DNA from: Eledone cirrhosa
Lineage: Eukaryota
DNA: 64,000 bases
Reading direction: 5' to 3'
Assembly: GCA_964016885.1 (NCBI GenBank)
Contig: OZ024745.1
Coordinates: 93,558,001 to 93,622,000 of the forward strand
Every line of letters starts with the position of its first letter. Positions within the stretch are counted from its first letter, which is position 1. The notes under the pieces were generated by a model. It worked only from the letters and a program-made list of their open reading frames with translations. It had not been told where the DNA came from and did no database searches. Made by a program: the position numbers and the translations under genes. Positions 62,000-64,000 of this stretch are shown in pieces.

Positions 62000-62380
62000 A
62001 CCATACAAACAGCAATGTTGCATGGTTGTGAAACTTGGGCGTTATGCACAGAAGACTTGCATAGATTAGAAAGAAATGAAGCTTGCATGCTCTGATGGAT
62101 GTGTAATAGTAATATATGCAAACGGCAAAGCATATACAAATTGAGAGAGAGACACTAAACATAAGAGGAATCAAATGTTGTGTGCAGGAGAGGAGATTAT
62201 GTTGGTATGGGCATGTGATGCATATGAAGGATGACAGCTGCATAAAAAGGTGCAGAGTACTAAAAGTTGATGGAAGCTTTGGAGTTGGGAGACACAAGAA
62301 GACCTGGGATGAGGTGATAAAAGCTGATCTTGCCCAATTGCACCCCTCAAAGAATATGACACAGGACCAAGAGCTCTGGT
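62000..62380 (+). mobile_element. RTE LINE 3' coding fragment
   Basis: RRLCWYGHV...GRHKKTW. Confidence 0.8.
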
Positions 62381-62381
62381 G

Positions 62382-62950
62382 AAACTCTCATCAGAGACAT
62401 GGGAATAATTGTGGACAGCAACATTAGCTGGGCCACTCATATAAATAGCAAAGTTGACATGGCCCGCAGAATGTGTTCCTGGATTCTCAGAACTTTCCAG
62501 TCGAGAGATATCCACACTATTATCCTTTTCTTTTTCACTTTTCCCCGACCCCACCTTGAATGCTGTTGTCCACTGTGGTCTCCCCACACGAAACTAAGTA
62601 TCATGAAGATTGACGCTCCTCAAAAGTCAATCTCGCAAAAGATAGATGGCATGTCAGGCGTTGACTATTGGGGTCGACTAGAAAAACTCAAACTTTATTC
62701 TTTCCAACGCCGCCGTGAGCACTACATTATCTGCATGATGTGGAAAACATTCCATCAGCATTGCCCAAATGATATTGGCATCACCTTTAAAGTGCACCTG
62801 TGCTATCTACCCACAACAAAAATCAAACTCGCATCTCATAACAACATTATGACACAATTATTTCACCTCAATTGGTCCCGCTCTCTTTAACATTACACCA
62901 AAACACATTAAAACAGAAACAGACCCTATAAAGTTCAAAAAGTCTTTGTT
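62382..62950 (+). mobile_element. CR1-group LINE RT C-terminal fragment
   Basis: RDMGIIVD...WILRTF...RPHLECCCPLWSP...YWGRLEKLKLYS. Confidence 0.8.
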
Positions 62951-63190
62951 CCGGCAAACCAAAGATGTGGGTTCGTGTCCCATATACGTCAATACTCATC
63001 CTTTATTCCATTCAGAGGGTTTTTCAAAATCCCAACTGACAAACTAATTTTATTTAGTCAAATACACTGTAAGCACATGTTACTACCTAATTTTATATGT
63101 ATATATATATTATAATATAATATATTATATTATATATATAAACGAGGATGATGATGATATAATATATATACTATATTTTATATATATATA

Positions 63191-63586
63191 GGAGGCACAT
63201 GGCTTAATGGTTAGAGCATTGGCCTTACAATCGAAAGGTTGTGAGTTCAATTCTCAGACCGGGTGACATGTTGTTTCCTTGAGCAAGACACTTTATTTCC
63301 CATTGCTCCAGTTTACTCAGCTGTAGAAATGAGATGATAGGAACTCAGGTCCCTATCATTCCACTGCAAAGTGGTCGTGGAGGTGCCACGGCAAAAAATA
63401 GCATCTAGCCCACACTGTAAAGTGGACGTGGAGGTGCCACGGAAAAAAACACCCAGCACTCACTGTAAATGAGGTTGGTGTTAGGAAGGGCATCCAGCTG
63501 TAGAAATCAAGCCAGAATCAGTTCCCGTTCCACCTTTGCAAGCAGGGAAAAGCAGACGTAAAATGAAATGATGATGATGATGAATG
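63191..63586 (+). mobile_element. tRNA-headed SINE with CORE-like segment joined to the RTE-type 3' tail
   Basis: A-box tggcttaatggttag; B-box gagttcaattc; ccttgagcaagacacttt; 48-bp units; ggaagggcatccagc; (GAT)n. Confidence 0.7.
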
Positions 63587-63587
63587 A

Positions 63588-63609
63588 TATAATATATATA
63601 TATATATAT

Positions 63610-63642
<33 letters not shown>

Positions 63643-64000
63643 TACGTATATATGGATCTGTATATAGATATATATATATGGATATGTATATATGGATATA
63701 TATATATATGTATATATGGATATATATATATATGTATATATGGATATATATATATATATATGGATATATATATATATATATGTATATATGGATATATATA
63801 TATATATATATGGATATATATATATATGGATATATGGATATATATATATATGGATATATATATATATATATATATGGATATATATATATATATATGGATA
63901 TATATATATATATATATATGGATATGTATATATATATATATCTATATATATATATATGGATATGTATATATATATATCCATATATATATATATATATGGA
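63588..64000. repeat. (TA)n microsatellite with periodic GG interruptions
   Basis: Directly visible. Confidence 0.95.

Noticed and set aside
63191-63265. Functional tRNA gene
   Set aside because: A/B boxes are present, but I could not form a convincing cloverleaf and it continues into SINE body sequence.

Overview
AT-rich animal genomic DNA, most likely an octopod cephalopod (inferred from the repeat families and microsatellite content). The whole window lies inside one + strand cadherin-superfamily gene. I traced 19 internal GT-AG exons (1424-61322; 3941 nt, about 1313 aa) that splice into one open frame with compatible phases. They encode about 12 extracellular cadherin (EC) repeats and the start of a CDH23/Cad87A/CDHR2-type membrane-adjacent domain; the start, transmembrane segment and tail lie outside the window. 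Introns are full of decayed mobile DNA: a Ty3/Gypsy LTR element with both LTRs and a 5-bp TSD; RTE, CR1, CRE, Ingi/Vingi-like, R4-like and Penelope-like fragments; tRNA-derived SINEs; piggyBac-type and hAT MITEs; and a non-autonomous Helitron. Non-routine observations are two oppositely oriented 48-bp VNTR arrays grown from an RTE 3' UTR, a SINE sharing that tail, hammerhead-ribozyme-like cores (one pair inverted just upstream of an exon), an empty-site paralog of a LINE insertion flanking exon 14, and a heavily glycosylated ectodomain with non-canonical Ca2+ linkers. I found no clear-cut new multi-gene system. Most long ORFs in the ORF track are repeat artefacts.
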